DNA of 64,000 bases from Octopus bimaculoides. Lineage: Eukaryota. The notes beneath the pieces were generated by a model, which did not search any database, was not told the origin of the DNA, and saw only the letters and a list, made by a program, of their open reading frames with translations. Position 1 is the first letter of the stretch; every line of letters starts with the position of its first letter. Both the position numbers and the translations under genes were made by a program. Location of the stretch: NCBI RefSeq assembly GCF_001194135.2, contig NC_068987.1, forward strand, positions 67,538,688-67,602,687, written 5' to 3'. This document shows, piece after piece, positions 26,880 through 38,733 of this stretch.

Positions 26880-28559
26880 ATACCAAATTTCACCACAATA
26901 GAGGGAGGAAAAGAAATTACATACAAATAGTTTTGTATTTATACATATTATATACTTAAATATTAACTTATTAGATGGAATCTATGGAGATTGATCAATT
27001 GGCATTTACTGGTATTTAATAAAGGAGCACTGAGGCGAAAGAACATGCTAAAAATATATAAATTAAATTATAATCTAAGCAGTTTATTTTAAGTTGTGAA
27101 GATACCCGTATTGTTTTAAATAAGCTAAGTATGAATATATAGGGGTACAAAAATTAGGTTTATTTCATATAGACAATTATAAAGTATTAAAATTATCTGA
27201 TAGGGTAGAACACCATAGAAAAGGAATAAAATAGCTTAATCATTAAAAACCATGATGAAGTATATATATACACCTTAGAAACGTATCTTATATATTCATG
27301 CATTGATATACCCATCCCTATTTTGTTTCAAAATTTACCTGGTTCAATATTACCTTCCATCTCAGCAGGGAAAATATACATTAGAATCAATTACGTACAG
27401 GGGTTAATATGATTATTTGTGTTAATTCATACTAATATGATTAATTTGTGATTTTGGGAAGAAAAAAAATCCGTTTTGTATCAGTGCATCGGATCGTTAT
27501 TATCAATATTAGTTGAATAGATAAAAAAGAAAAAAACAGCAAACACCAGATTTACAAGGGCGGCATGAATCATGCCTTATTCAAAGACATTAGCATCTTT
27601 CATACGTGAAATGTAATACATGAGCGAGGATGGAAATCGAGTCAGAGAAAAGATTTATGTGGATGTTAACTTTTCTCAACGGCGTTCGCTTCTACGAAAG
27701 TTTATAACAAGCCTATTATGCTGACATATTTTAACAACAGAGGAATTACATTCAACAAAGAGATTATTCTCAAATCAGAAATGATCTGCACTGCTATCCA
27801 GCTGTGTTCGTTTTTGTGTATGACTGATGCCAACGTTTTAATAGCAAGGAAATAGTATCTGATCCGGAAGCCAACCGGTTTTATCGATTCGTGCAATTAA
27901 GTCTAGTTCAAACAAATATTACCCATTGTTCAGCTTAACGAGAAACATATGTCCGAGTCCATCCACAACCTGAAAATATTATAATCAGCGGGACGCTTGT
28001 TATTTAAGTATTTGTAGCCTATTTACTCGCAGGTGATAAAAGGGTCCGTGTAATTTCATTTGAAGGTATATTTTCAACATGTTTATAGCAGACACACTCC
28101 TTAACAGCATAATACAGCCGAGCGATAGGAAAGGCATTTGAAAAGACCTGTAGGTGTGGGAAAGGATTCAGCTTCTAATTGGTGATACAGGCCGACTAAC
28201 CCTTCATATCCAAATGACCAAAACACATGAAACACATACACTCACGCACACACGCACACACTCACACACACACACACAAACACACAAACAAACAAACAAA
28301 CATACACGCAATCACACATCCAAAATGTACACAATCACAGACACATGTAACAGCGTGTGTATTTTCTTGTCATTTGCTTCCATGGTTCAGTTTTAGTTTG
28401 TATGTATATATGTATTTATGTAGTCAATGGTTTTACTAAGATTTGGTATATAAAGAGTACCTGTGCAGATGAATAATTTTCAGTGTGTGTAGCTTGCACT
28501 GCACTAACCCCACCTATTGGCCCAAGAAGACTTTCGACGGTGTGACATGGAAATTGACA

Positions 28560-28670
28560 AAACCAGGAATTTCCAAGGCGTCAGGTTTTATTTCGGAGAT
28601 TTTCTTCTGGGCAGATTACCAACCAAGGTTAAAGAGCTTCAGGCTGCCCATGAGGTAAGCAATCCCACTC
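28560..28670 (-). mobile_element. RTE-like LINE/SINE 3' tail fragment
   Basis: ttttcttctgggcagattaccaaccaaggttaaagagcttcaggctgccc resembles the common RTE-tail motif recalled as gcctaccaaggctaaagagcccagtctgccc. Confidence 0.4.
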
Positions 28671-28943
28671 CAGACACCAAACCGACACCCAAACACTGTA
28701 TAAAGTGATCAAATATCACTTCGGTGTCTAACGCGGAGTAGCTCATTTATACATACAAAAAAAGTAAGACGTTATTTAAAAAATATAATTAATATTAAAA
28801 TGTAAATACTATATATATATATATATATAAATGAAATATTCAAACACTGAGATTTGATATATTATATGTATATATATAAAGTAAAAGATATGTAATTAAA
28901 GAATATAAATAAAATAAGATTTAAATATAATATATGCGTAAAA

Positions 28944-28978
<35 letters not shown>

Positions 28979-29061
28979 CTTGTAAGAATATATATATATA
29001 TATATATATATATANNNNNNNNNNNNNNNNNNNNTATATATAAAAGTTTTACACATATTTG

Positions 29062-29660
29062 TTGGATGGCCATTGTCTGCTCATCAGTTCCTCCACCCTT
29101 TGACAGGTTTTATTTTTCATCCCACAGGGTATCCAACAATCGCCTTCCTCACCAAGCAGACCTTGTGAGGTTACCAGCTTTGTCATCGAGGACCCGACCA
29201 TACAACAGTAGTACGCAAGAGCGACCTGACATATATTACGATCGAAAAAGTGAGTCTCAATGACATTTTGTGAGCACAGTTTGTCACAGACCATGCCTTT
29301 CCTCTGCTGGTCTAAAATCTCATTTACAGACCCGTGGGAAACGAACTTCCACCACCTCTTCTGCCCATGTATCTGTGCACACTTTTCAATGGAATGCATG
29401 CCAGAAGGTCTGCAAATCTAACGGTTGCCTCAAAAGACATCTTAAGATACACAAAGAACTCAAATGGCAGCTTTTGGTGGTCCAAATTGGATATGCAATT
29501 TATGTGGGTGCTTCTTCAAAACATTGTCTAGTTTAAAAAGCCACATCATGTGCTATGATGGTTCCAAGGTGTAGGCTCAGGAAGTGATAAAACTCTGCAT
29601 CGGTAGACAACTACCGATGTATGTATGTATGTATGTATGTATGTAAGTATGTATATGTGT
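29062..29660 (+). mobile_element. RTE-like LINE 3' end encoding tandem C2H2 zinc fingers, with 3' stem-loop and (ATGT)n tail
   Basis: Fingers: FVSTVCHRPCLSSAGLKSHLQT, FQWNACQKVCKSNGCLKRHLKIH, ICNLCGCFFKTLSSLKSHIMCY; TAG at 29572-29574; hairpin catcggtag-acaa-ctaccgatg at 29598-29619, then (atgt)n. Confidence 0.75.
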
Positions 29661-30532
29661 ATGTATGTGTGTATGTATGTATGTATGTATGAATGCATGC
29701 ATGTATGTATGTATATATGTATATATGTATATATATATATATATATATATANNNNNNNNNNNNNNNNNNNNNNNNNNNNNNNNNNNNNNNNNNNNNNNNN
29801 NNNNNNNNNNNNNNNNNNNNNNNNNNNNNNNNNNNNNNNNNNNNNNNNNNNNNNNNNNNNNNNNNNNNNNNNNNNNNNNNNNNNNNNNNNNNNNNNNNNN
29901 NNNNNNNNNNNNNNNNNNNNNNNNNNNNNNNNNNNNNNNNNNNNNNNNNNNNNNNNNNNNNNNNNNNNNNNNNNNNNNNNNNNNNNNNNNNNNNNNNNNN
30001 NNNNNNNNNNNNNNNNNNNNNNNNNNNNNNNNNNNNNNNNNNNNNNNNNNNNNNNNNNNNNNNNNNNNNNNNNNNNNNNNNNNNNNNNNNNNNNNNNNNN
30101 NNNNNNNNNNNNNNNNNNNNNNNNNNNNNNNNNNNNNNNNNNNNNNNNNNNNNNNNNNNNNNNNNNNNNNNNNNNNNNNNNNNNNNNNNNNNNNNNNNNN
30201 NNNNNNNNNNNNNNNNNNNNNNNNNNNNNNNNNNNNNNNNNNNNNNNNNNNNNNNNNNNNNNNNNNNNNNNNNNNNNNNNNNNNNNNNNNNNNNNNNNNN
30301 NNNNNNNNNNNNNNNNNNNNNNNNNNNNNNNNNNNNNNNNNNNNNNNNNNNNNNNNNNNNNNNNNNNNNNNNNNNNNNNNNNNNNNNNNNNNNNNNNNNN
30401 NNNNNNNNNNNNNNNNNNNNNNNNNNNNNNNNNNNNNNNNNNNNNNNNNNNNNNNNNNNNNNNNNNNNNNNNNNNNNNNNNNNNNNNNNNNNNNNNNNNN
30501 NNNNNNNNNNNNNNNNNNNNNNNNNNNNNNNN

Positions 30533-30577
<45 letters not shown>

Positions 30578-30932
30578 ATGCATATATATAAGTATACATT
30601 ACTCGCGCACAATACATATAGCATGAAGAGCATACATCAATGTTAAAATATATACTACATTCGAATATATTGGCACTTACATAAATCTGCTACCATGAAA
30701 AAGAAAATGGGCAAGGAAGAGTATTTTAAGAATTACAATGTAATTTATATAGATGCCTTCATAAACAACCATCTGTACGTACATATATAAATATATTCTT
30801 GTAGAGAGACGTAAATATAAGAGATAGAGATCAACAAAACAAACAGTATATTTAAAAATTACTGATATTATCAATGGAGTAATACAGGCTGCATCCCTCC
30901 AATTTTACGCACACACACACACACACATACAC

Positions 30933-30967
<35 letters not shown>

Positions 30968-31482
30968 CACAAATACACTCATGCTCACATAATATTACTT
31001 CAAATTTCGTGGATTTAGGAGATTGGCATTCGGTCAGATGCTCGAAGAGAGACTGCAGTAATTCTATAAGAAACTTCATATAGCATATAAATATGAGGCA
31101 TAATGGAAGACACGCCCTATTCCCAGGAGATCTTGAAGATAATTACAAAATACATATAAACCGAAGAGGTATATTGAATGCTATTGCTGCGAGCATGTAT
31201 ATTGTATGTTTGTNNNNNNNNNNNNNNNNNNNNNNNNNNNNNNNNNNNNNNNNNNNNNNNNNNNNNNNNNNNNNNNNNNNNNNNNNNNNNNNNNNNNNNN
31301 NNNNNNNNNNNNNNNNNNNNNNNNNNNNNNNNNNNNNNNNNNNNNNNNNNNNNNNNNNNNNNNNNNNNNNNNNNNNNNNNNNNNNNNNNNNNNNNNNNNN
31401 NNNNNNNNNNNNNNNNNNNNNNNNNNNNNNNNNNNNNNNNNNNNNNNNNNNNNNTGTATGTATGTATGTATATATGTATATA

Positions 31483-32560
31483 CAGGGTCTTGCAGATAAA
31501 TTGAGACCAATTATAAGCCGTTGACTTAGTGAGTTTAACATTTCATGTTTCGACAATACCTTGCTTTCTTGAAAATCTAAGCATCCTGTTTATTGTTCTG
31601 GTATATAAAGAACTGATTCTACAGCAGATAATCATGGAACAAAATCGTTCGGCCACTGTTAATTTGGCGTGCGCTAGGCACACTGCCAATAAAGTTATTA
31701 AGTTCACGAAACTTTTAAAGGCATCAGTTTATTGTGTGTATAAAGAATTTAACGAAGAGCGAGTGATTGACAGCCAAGGCCAAAGCAACCAGAGCAGAGA
31801 GATGCCGAAAGCTCTTGTCATTCATCAAGCATCAAAGTGCAGGAAAGACTCTCAAGTTTGTTTGCGAGAAGTTCACTGTGGACACTGAAGTGAATCGTAG
31901 AAATTCTCGATTGATTGCATACAACCCTTCTGCCACCCCTCCTGTGATTGAGACTAAAAATCTTGCCTCTACGATGGTATCTGGAGCTGTGTCGAATTCT
32001 GAAATTGTCATGGGTTCACACTTCATTGAGTGTGGCTTGAAAATCGGCACAAAGGTGTATCTGGACATCCTGAAGAACTCTCTCTTACCTTGGATGAAAC
32101 AGCAGTTTGTGCTTGACAATGTAGTGCTTATCCAGGATTCTGTACCATGTCATGGTTCAAAAGTAACACAGGCCTTCCTTGTTGAGAAGGTGCCATTTTT
32201 TGTGAGGGCTAACATCTGGCCCAGTAATAGCCCAGATCTCAACCTTCTCGGTTACTTTTTATGGGGTGTACTTTAAGCAAGGACTAATGTCCCACTACAC
32301 TCGGGTGTCAAAAGTTAGAAGACCTCCATCGTGCGTGTGACACGAAAAATCAAAATGGCGGGTCTCGCGGCTGCTGCTGCAAAAAAATTGTTCTCATGTG
32401 GAGGCAGTAATGGCCCAAAAGTGCGGCCATATTGAATGATAAAGGGCTTTTTTTTGCAATAAATGTTACATTAAAATTATATGTCTAGTACTATTATTTT
32501 AGTATTTGTAACCAGTTTTATACATCGTAAACATTGTCTCAATTTATCTACAAGACCCTG
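31483..32560 (+). mobile_element. Tc1/mariner DD37D (maT-type) transposon with TIRs, pseudogenised
   Basis: TIRs cagggtcttgcagataaattgagac / tgtctcaatttatctacaagaccctg, TA on the left; ORF 31767-32276 has QDSVPCH-...-WPSNSPDLNLLGY with 37 residues between D and the D>G-mutated third site. Confidence 0.93.
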
Positions 32561-32959
32561 TGTTCTTATAAATCTCAATCTCATATGTGTGCAAACGCTT
32601 GAGTCCATTCTGTTATACTCATTTATGTATATGCATGTGAATATGCATATTAATGCATATATGTCTGCATATTCACCTATGTGCCTATCAGCTTGAGCGT
32701 GTCTATCTGCTTAAATGCATGTGCGATGTATGTGTGATGTATGCCTTTGTCTGTGTGTGTATGTGTATATAAGAATAATGACATAGAGAGGCACTATGAT
32801 GAAATGGGGTGAGGATTAAAACAGGAGAGAGATCAAGAGCAAAGATAAAGCTTATATATTAATATCATGTTGTAATCCTAATATTTAGGGTAAAAACATT
32901 AAACAAATCGTTTCTTACATTTGACGAAAAACAGGAGCAAAATCAAGCTTCGTTGGTCC

Positions 32960-33040
32960 CGACTGACTGACTGACTCACTCACTCACTCGCTCACTCATT
33001 CACTCACCCACTCACCTACGCAATCAATCACTCACCAGCT
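32960..33040. repeat. (GACT)n / (CACT)n degenerate tetranucleotide array
   Basis: Directly visible. Confidence 0.85.
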
Positions 33041-33235
33041 CATTCTCTTTGTTTCTTTCTGTCTTTCTCTCTCTCTCTCTGTCCCTCTCTCTGCCACACA
33101 CACTCGCACACACAAACACATACACATTCACTAAATGGACACAGATACACAAGCATGCAAGACGTTGTGTTCGATGTGCGCGTGCTGTTGGGAAGGGTTA
33201 CCTCGATGAATATACGAAACTTTTATTGTGTATGC

Positions 33236-33278
<43 letters not shown>

Positions 33279-33702
33279 CGTGCGTGTGTGTGTGTGCATT
33301 TGTGTGAGAGTACACTCCCCACAGGTTGTTTTAGAATAAAGGAAGTATTAGACGATGCTAGTAGAATATCTATGGAAATTATGTGTTTTAGCAAAACACA
33401 AATGGCGTTTAGCTATACATAACAGCATGAGTTTAGCAGTAAGATAGAAGCTTAGTGAAATTAGAGACATTTTTCAGCGCTGAATCCTTTCATTATCAAA
33501 CGAAATCGAGACAAAAGCCATTAAGTCAGTAGGGGGCATAAAGAATTTTTTTTTTCGCTATCAGTTCAGCTTAAATGAATTAACAACTCTGTGCCCAGTT
33601 GACAACTCTGACGTTTAAGTCATTCACTATCGAATGTTGGTGGGGATATGAAATACATCAAACGGCTAAATTCCTTACCCATTGCCCAATTAAAGCATAT
33701 AT

Positions 33703-33890
33703 TCTTTTAGTCATTTACGTGTTTCGGTAATTGTAGTGCGGCCCTGCTGCAGCAACGCTTCGAAAGACTTTGTCGATCACATCGACCCTAGTATAGGTCT
33801 CTTACCTTTGGTATTTGATCTATGAGCTTATTTCGCCGAACTGCTGAATTCTAGAGACGTACACAAACCAACAGTGGTTGTAAATGGCTT
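33703..33890 (-). mobile_element. SINE family B, 3' half
   Basis: Reverse match: gtgcggccctgctgcagcaacgcttc...cgccgaactgctgaattctagagacgtacacaaaccaacagtggttg. Confidence 0.65.
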
Positions 33891-34023
33891 TCGCAGACAT
33901 ACACATAGACACACAGACACACTCTCATGCACGCGCACATATGAGGAGGCTTGTTGTGTGTTTATATCTTTATGTTTATCTATCTATCTATTTATCCATC
34001 TATTTATATGTATGTGTGTGTTT

Positions 34024-34054
<31 letters not shown>

Positions 34055-34065
34055 NNNNNNNNNNA

Positions 34066-35147
34066 TATCGACTCCTTACTTCCTTTTTTCTAAAATGCAC
34101 CATAAATGTTCAATAATATTGAGATCTGGGGACTGTGGCGGCCAGATAAGATGTTCAACTTCACTAGAATGTTCCTGGTGCCATTCAGTAACAGGTTTAG
34201 CTGTGTGAATTGGTGCATTATCATCCCTAAAGATTACGTTTCCCCTCGGAAGCAGTTCCGCAAACATAGGATGTATTTGATCTGATAAAATGCTTAAATA
34301 GTCTTGAATATTAATTCTACCATGAAGGGAAACCATTGGGCTGACGGATTTCCAAGATATAGCCCACCACATCATCACAGATCCTCCTCCATGTTTAACA
34401 TTTGGAAGAAGGCAGTCTGGGTCAAATGCTTCTTTTGCCTGTCTCTATACGTATACTCGGCCGNNNNNNNNNNNNNNNNNNNNNNNNCACGTATACTCGG
34501 CCGGTGGTCGGAAATAAGGTAAAGGATGACTCGTCCGAGAAAATAAAATTCTTCCACTGCACTAGGGAACAATTCTGTAGGATCTCACTCCACTCCAAAC
34601 GCTTTGCAACGTTTGTTTTTGAAAGTAGCGTTTTTCTGATAGCAGCCCTCCCGTGAAATCCGGCTTCGTGCAGCTCCTGGCTAACCTTTTTGTGGAAACT
34701 GGGTTTTCGAAGTGGTCATTAAGCTCTGCAGTAGTTTTGGGAGCTGTACTTTTGTGATTCTTTCTAACAATTTGCGAAAGAGTCCGACGTTTCATATCTG
34801 AAAGTTTTGGTTTTCTTCCGGAGTTTTGTTTCGATGAGGAGGTTTTCCCTTCTTCTCAAAGGCTGCCATAACTTTCGAGTTTGAACTTCTTGATACGCCA
34901 AAGATTTTGACTGTTATCATATAGTGCCTGCCATACGAGCACCAACAATTTGACCTTTTTGAAAGTCCGATTGATCTGTCATTTTAATGAATTTTTATTA
35001 CCTTTTTCTGATGATAGCTGAAAAGAAACAGCAATTTTAGCGAAACATATTAAGCAACACTAAAAATTAAAAAAATAAACAAAACAAAAATAAACAAACC
35101 TTTGGCGGTTTTATAATTATTTCAAAATTATGATACTATGATGCTAG
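34066..35147 (-). mobile_element. Tc1-like transposon with DD36E spacing, pseudogenised
   Basis: ATG at 34982: MTDQSDFQKGQIVGARMAG; RTLSQIVRKNHKSTAPK (HTH); WKNFIFSDESSFTLFPTTGRVY; KHGGGSVMMW; FRDDNAPIH-...-WPPQSPDLNIIEHLW. Confidence 0.92.
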
Positions 35148-35532
35148 NNNNNNNNNNNNNNNNNNNNNNNNNNNNNNNNNNNNNNNNNNNNNNNNNNNNN
35201 NNNNNNNNNNNNNNNNNNNNNNNNNNNNNNNNNNNNNNNNNNNNNNNNNNNNNNNNNNNNNNNNNNNNNNNNNNNNNNNNNNNNNNNNNNNNNNNNNNNN
35301 NNNNNNNNNNNNNNNNNNNNNNNNNNNNNNNNNNNNNNNNNNNNNNNNNTTTTATTCTGACGATGAATATTTGCGATACTTTCACGGAGTTATATGTGCT
35401 TCCAAACTCATTGTAGCAATTAATTCACTTCCTATTTTTATATATGAACCTCCATTCGTACTAAGCAAGGGAAATGTATGACTATCCTAGCATTCATAAT
35501 GTTTCCATCACTTCACTATTTCTGAAAAAATA

Positions 35533-35589
35533 ATAAAATGAGATTGAGATAAAATGAATAGGATCCATTTCATCTCAATCTCATTTTAT
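35533..35589. repeat. 57-bp inverted repeat (24-bp arms, 1 mismatch, 9-nt spacer)
   Basis: ataaaatgagattgagataaaatg-aataggatc-catttcatctcaatctcattttat. Confidence 0.95.
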
Positions 35590-35868
35590 CTTCTATTACA
35601 AATTTTTAGGGTGATTAGGGAGATTCTGTAACCGGAACAAGAAGATTGGTTTTCTACCTAAGCATAAGTTTCATAGACTACAAATTATAAATATCCACAC
35701 TACCGCACTTGAAACATATCTGTTATAATTCTTTATCTCGATTTGAATGTACGTGAAGGTATTTACAATGCCCAAACTTATTTCTGCAAATGAGCTAAGC
35801 ACCGATACTGATCATAGTTTAATCAATAAGAGTAAGAGCAAGGTAAATGTAGTAAAAATACGGAGGGT

Positions 35869-36075
35869 CAGTGGGGCCCCATTTACGCGGCCCTTCAGAA
35901 ATTGCCCTCCCCCTTGAGATAATCCCTGGGAGTTCATGGTAAGATATTCATTGTCATTGCTCCAGTGCCATGTATTTAATTTAAACTGCAGTAAAAATAA
36001 GTGTGCCAGTGGGGCCCCAATTAGGCGGCTCTTAAAAATAAAACTCCCTTAGGACATTCCCTGGGATTAGGGGAA
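35869..36075 (+). repeat. Degenerate two-copy tandem unit, period 138 bp, starting cagtggggcccca
   Basis: cagtggggcccca..gcggc....tccctggga at 35869 and 36007. Confidence 0.75.
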
Positions 36076-36334
36076 TAGCTGGTTTCAGTTTCGTTGTCCT
36101 TGCACCAACAGACTAGGTGGAGTTAATGAACATAAAAACGTAACGGACACAGAAACATCACTCAAATTTATTTAAAGATGTAACTCACGTACACCTTAAT
36201 TTTTTACCCATTTGTAGAAATATTCTTGGTATATTTTTGTACCACTCTGTCTCTTTCCTTTACTTTGCTTCTCTTAATTTCCTTTCTCTCTCTCTCTCTC
36301 TCTCTCTGTTTACCTCCTCCCACTATCACATGAC

Positions 36335-36391
36335 CCGTGTATCCAATATAGTACATAGAACAGTCTTCTATGTACTATATTGGATACACGG
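36335..36391. repeat. 57-bp perfect inverted repeat (26-bp arms, 5-nt loop)
   Basis: ccgtgtatccaatatagtacatagaa-cagtc-ttctatgtactatattggatacacgg. Confidence 0.97.
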
Positions 36392-36823
36392 TGATCGTTT
36401 GGTATGTTGATTCTCTGTTTGCTGCTATTTTTCTTGACCATATTATACTGACGAGTAGAAGTTGCATAATACTACAATAACTACGAAATCATGTTCTATA
36501 ATTCAGTCTGTTTTTAAGGGGCTGGCTTTGAGAGTTGCATTTCCTCGCGTTCGGTAAAAATGTGTTTTTTATGGTAGTCTAACCTTAGAGGCTCTCATAG
36601 CGTGAGGTATTCTTGTATAGTAATGTCCTTATTTAAATAAATATATTTTGGGAATATATATANNNNNNNNNNNNNNNNNNNNNNNNNNNNNNNNNNNNNN
36701 NNNNNNNNNNNNNNNNNNNNNNNNNNNNNNNNNNNNNNNNNNNNNNNNNNNNNNNNNNNNNNNNNNNNNNNNNNNNNNNNNNNNNNNNNNNNNNNNNNNN
36801 NNNNNNNNNNNNNNNNNNNNNNN

Positions 36824-37050
36824 TGTGTGTGCGTGCGTGCGTGTGTGTCTGTCCTCCCAACGTCGCTTGACAACTGATGTTGGTGTGCATTTGTCCCCGT
36901 AACTTAGTGGTTCGGTAAAAGAGACTGATAGAATAAGTACTAGGCTTACAAAAAATAAGTCCTGGGATCGACTTGTTCCACTAAAGGCGGTGCTCCAGCA
37001 TGTCCACAGTCAAATGACTGAAACAAATGAAAGAATAACAGAATAAAAGA
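36824..37050 (+). mobile_element. SINE family B, 3' half (5' half probably in the gap)
   Basis: cgcttgacaactgatgttggtgtg...gatagaataagtactaggcttac...aaggcggtgctccagcatg...cagtcaaatgactgaaac. Confidence 0.9.
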
Positions 37051-37343
37051 AGATATATATATATATATGTATATATATATATGTATATATATGTATATAT
37101 AAGTATATATGTATGCATATGTGTGTATGTACGTATATATGTATGTAGGTATAATCTGAATATCAATAATAACTACAATAAGGACAAAGGCAGAAAAAAC
37201 AATGTTACAATTATTCAAACCTCCAGAGAAAAAAATGAAATATTGTGACTATTTGTTACCTGTATTGTAATATGGTCGATTGATTTGCTCCGATCGGCGT
37301 CATAGAGAGGTACTAATGCAATTCCATTGTATCAGCAAACAAT

Positions 37344-37360
37344 AACAATAACACTCTTTA

Positions 37361-37448
<88 letters not shown>
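37344..37448. repeat. Long perfect (TA)n, about 50 units
   Basis: Directly visible. Confidence 0.97.
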
Positions 37449-37451
<3 letters not shown>

Positions 37452-38551
37452 TGCTATCTTGCTATCTTAGTAATGAAAGCAGATCATACATATCAAATAC
37501 TATTCAGCAATCACGTTTATTTATTGTGTAATGCTTAAGACTACTATGCGTATTTTATCACGGTTCCTTTTTTCATTGTAAACAACCTTATAAAACGTCA
37601 GAGGTATCGAGTACAACACCATTTGATACTATAATCACTTGATTGAAGAAATGATTAAGATGGCGTCGATTCATTTGAAGAAGTGATTAAGCGGTGGTCG
37701 ATTTATTGGCACAGGCTTCGATGCCAGACTCATCGATTACGTACTAATTGATACAAATACTTGCTATACGAAATCGTGTCCATTTGCTTGCATTGGGATT
37801 TCTATATTTAGGGCCATTGCAAGCTTAATTGTATTAATTTAATCCAAACATTACTTTGTATAAACCATGAGTAATACTCTGAAAGGAACTTAAAATGAAA
37901 TGTAGCACCTATAGCTTTGACAAGATTAACCGTTTAAGCGAGATATCCAACATATATAACAGACGTAAGTAAGCATTTGTAAAATTTGCCTTCTTTCTAC
38001 AAACAAGCAAGCAACTAACCACATAACCATCACACTCAATAACAAAACTTCTATAACGAAATCAGCGTTGCTCAAACAGTACCACTAAATCACGTCTTAA
38101 CATCTTTCCAAAAGGAGAAATTACTGGTTAATGTAGCGTTATACATTTAAACTGAATAAAGAATGGAATAGTCAGAGTTGGAACGCTTTTCGTCATAAAT
38201 ACTTACCGAAACTTGCTGTGGACTAAACAGAATAAGCAACTTAAATGTATCATTTAATCAAAATGCATAAATATTGACAGCTACATATACTGTCTTTAAA
38301 ATATTCAACTCACACACAAAGAAACTAAAAAGGAAAAACGAAACACTAGTAGTATTATATAGTTTATAACAGTCTTGCTGCGGCCTCTGATTACGGACCG
38401 AAAACTCAATGTAACAAAACAGAGCACTTCGGATCATTGCCAGATACGTACTAGTCAACACGAGTCCCAAGCGACACATATAGAAGCATGCCCCCCTAGA
38501 GAATGAAGATAAAAGAGTCTTCTGTACAAACAATAGTAGCAAGATATATAT

Positions 38552-38590
<39 letters not shown>

Positions 38591-38702
38591 NNNNNNNNNN
38601 NNNNNNNNNNNNNNNNNNNNNNNNNNNNNNNNNNNNNNNNNNNNNNNNNNNNNNNNNNNNNNNNNNNNNNNNNNNNNNNNNNNNNNNNNNNNNNNNNNNN
38701 NN

Positions 38703-38733
<31 letters not shown>

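Noticed and set aside
26265-27134. 290-codon frame with no TGA but 23 TAA/TAG, suggesting a ciliate-type genetic code
   Set aside because: The two copies of the internal direct repeat begin in different frames, the Q-read protein resembles nothing I recognise, and TpG depletion plus frame choice can explain it. It is kept only as an alternative for the anomalous block
26253-27450. Possible mitochondrial insertion (NUMT)
   Set aside because: AT-rich, but I recognised no mitochondrial rRNA, tRNA or protein motif
28615-28654. Candidate exon LPTKVKELQAAHE with a GAG|GTAAGC donor
   Set aside because: The sequence resembles a common RTE-type 3' tail in reverse, so the splice-like sites are probably incidental
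29270-29574. Functional host C2H2 zinc-finger gene
   Set aside because: A ligand is mutated in every finger, there are frameshifts and no TGEKP linkers, and a LINE-type stem-loop and tail follow
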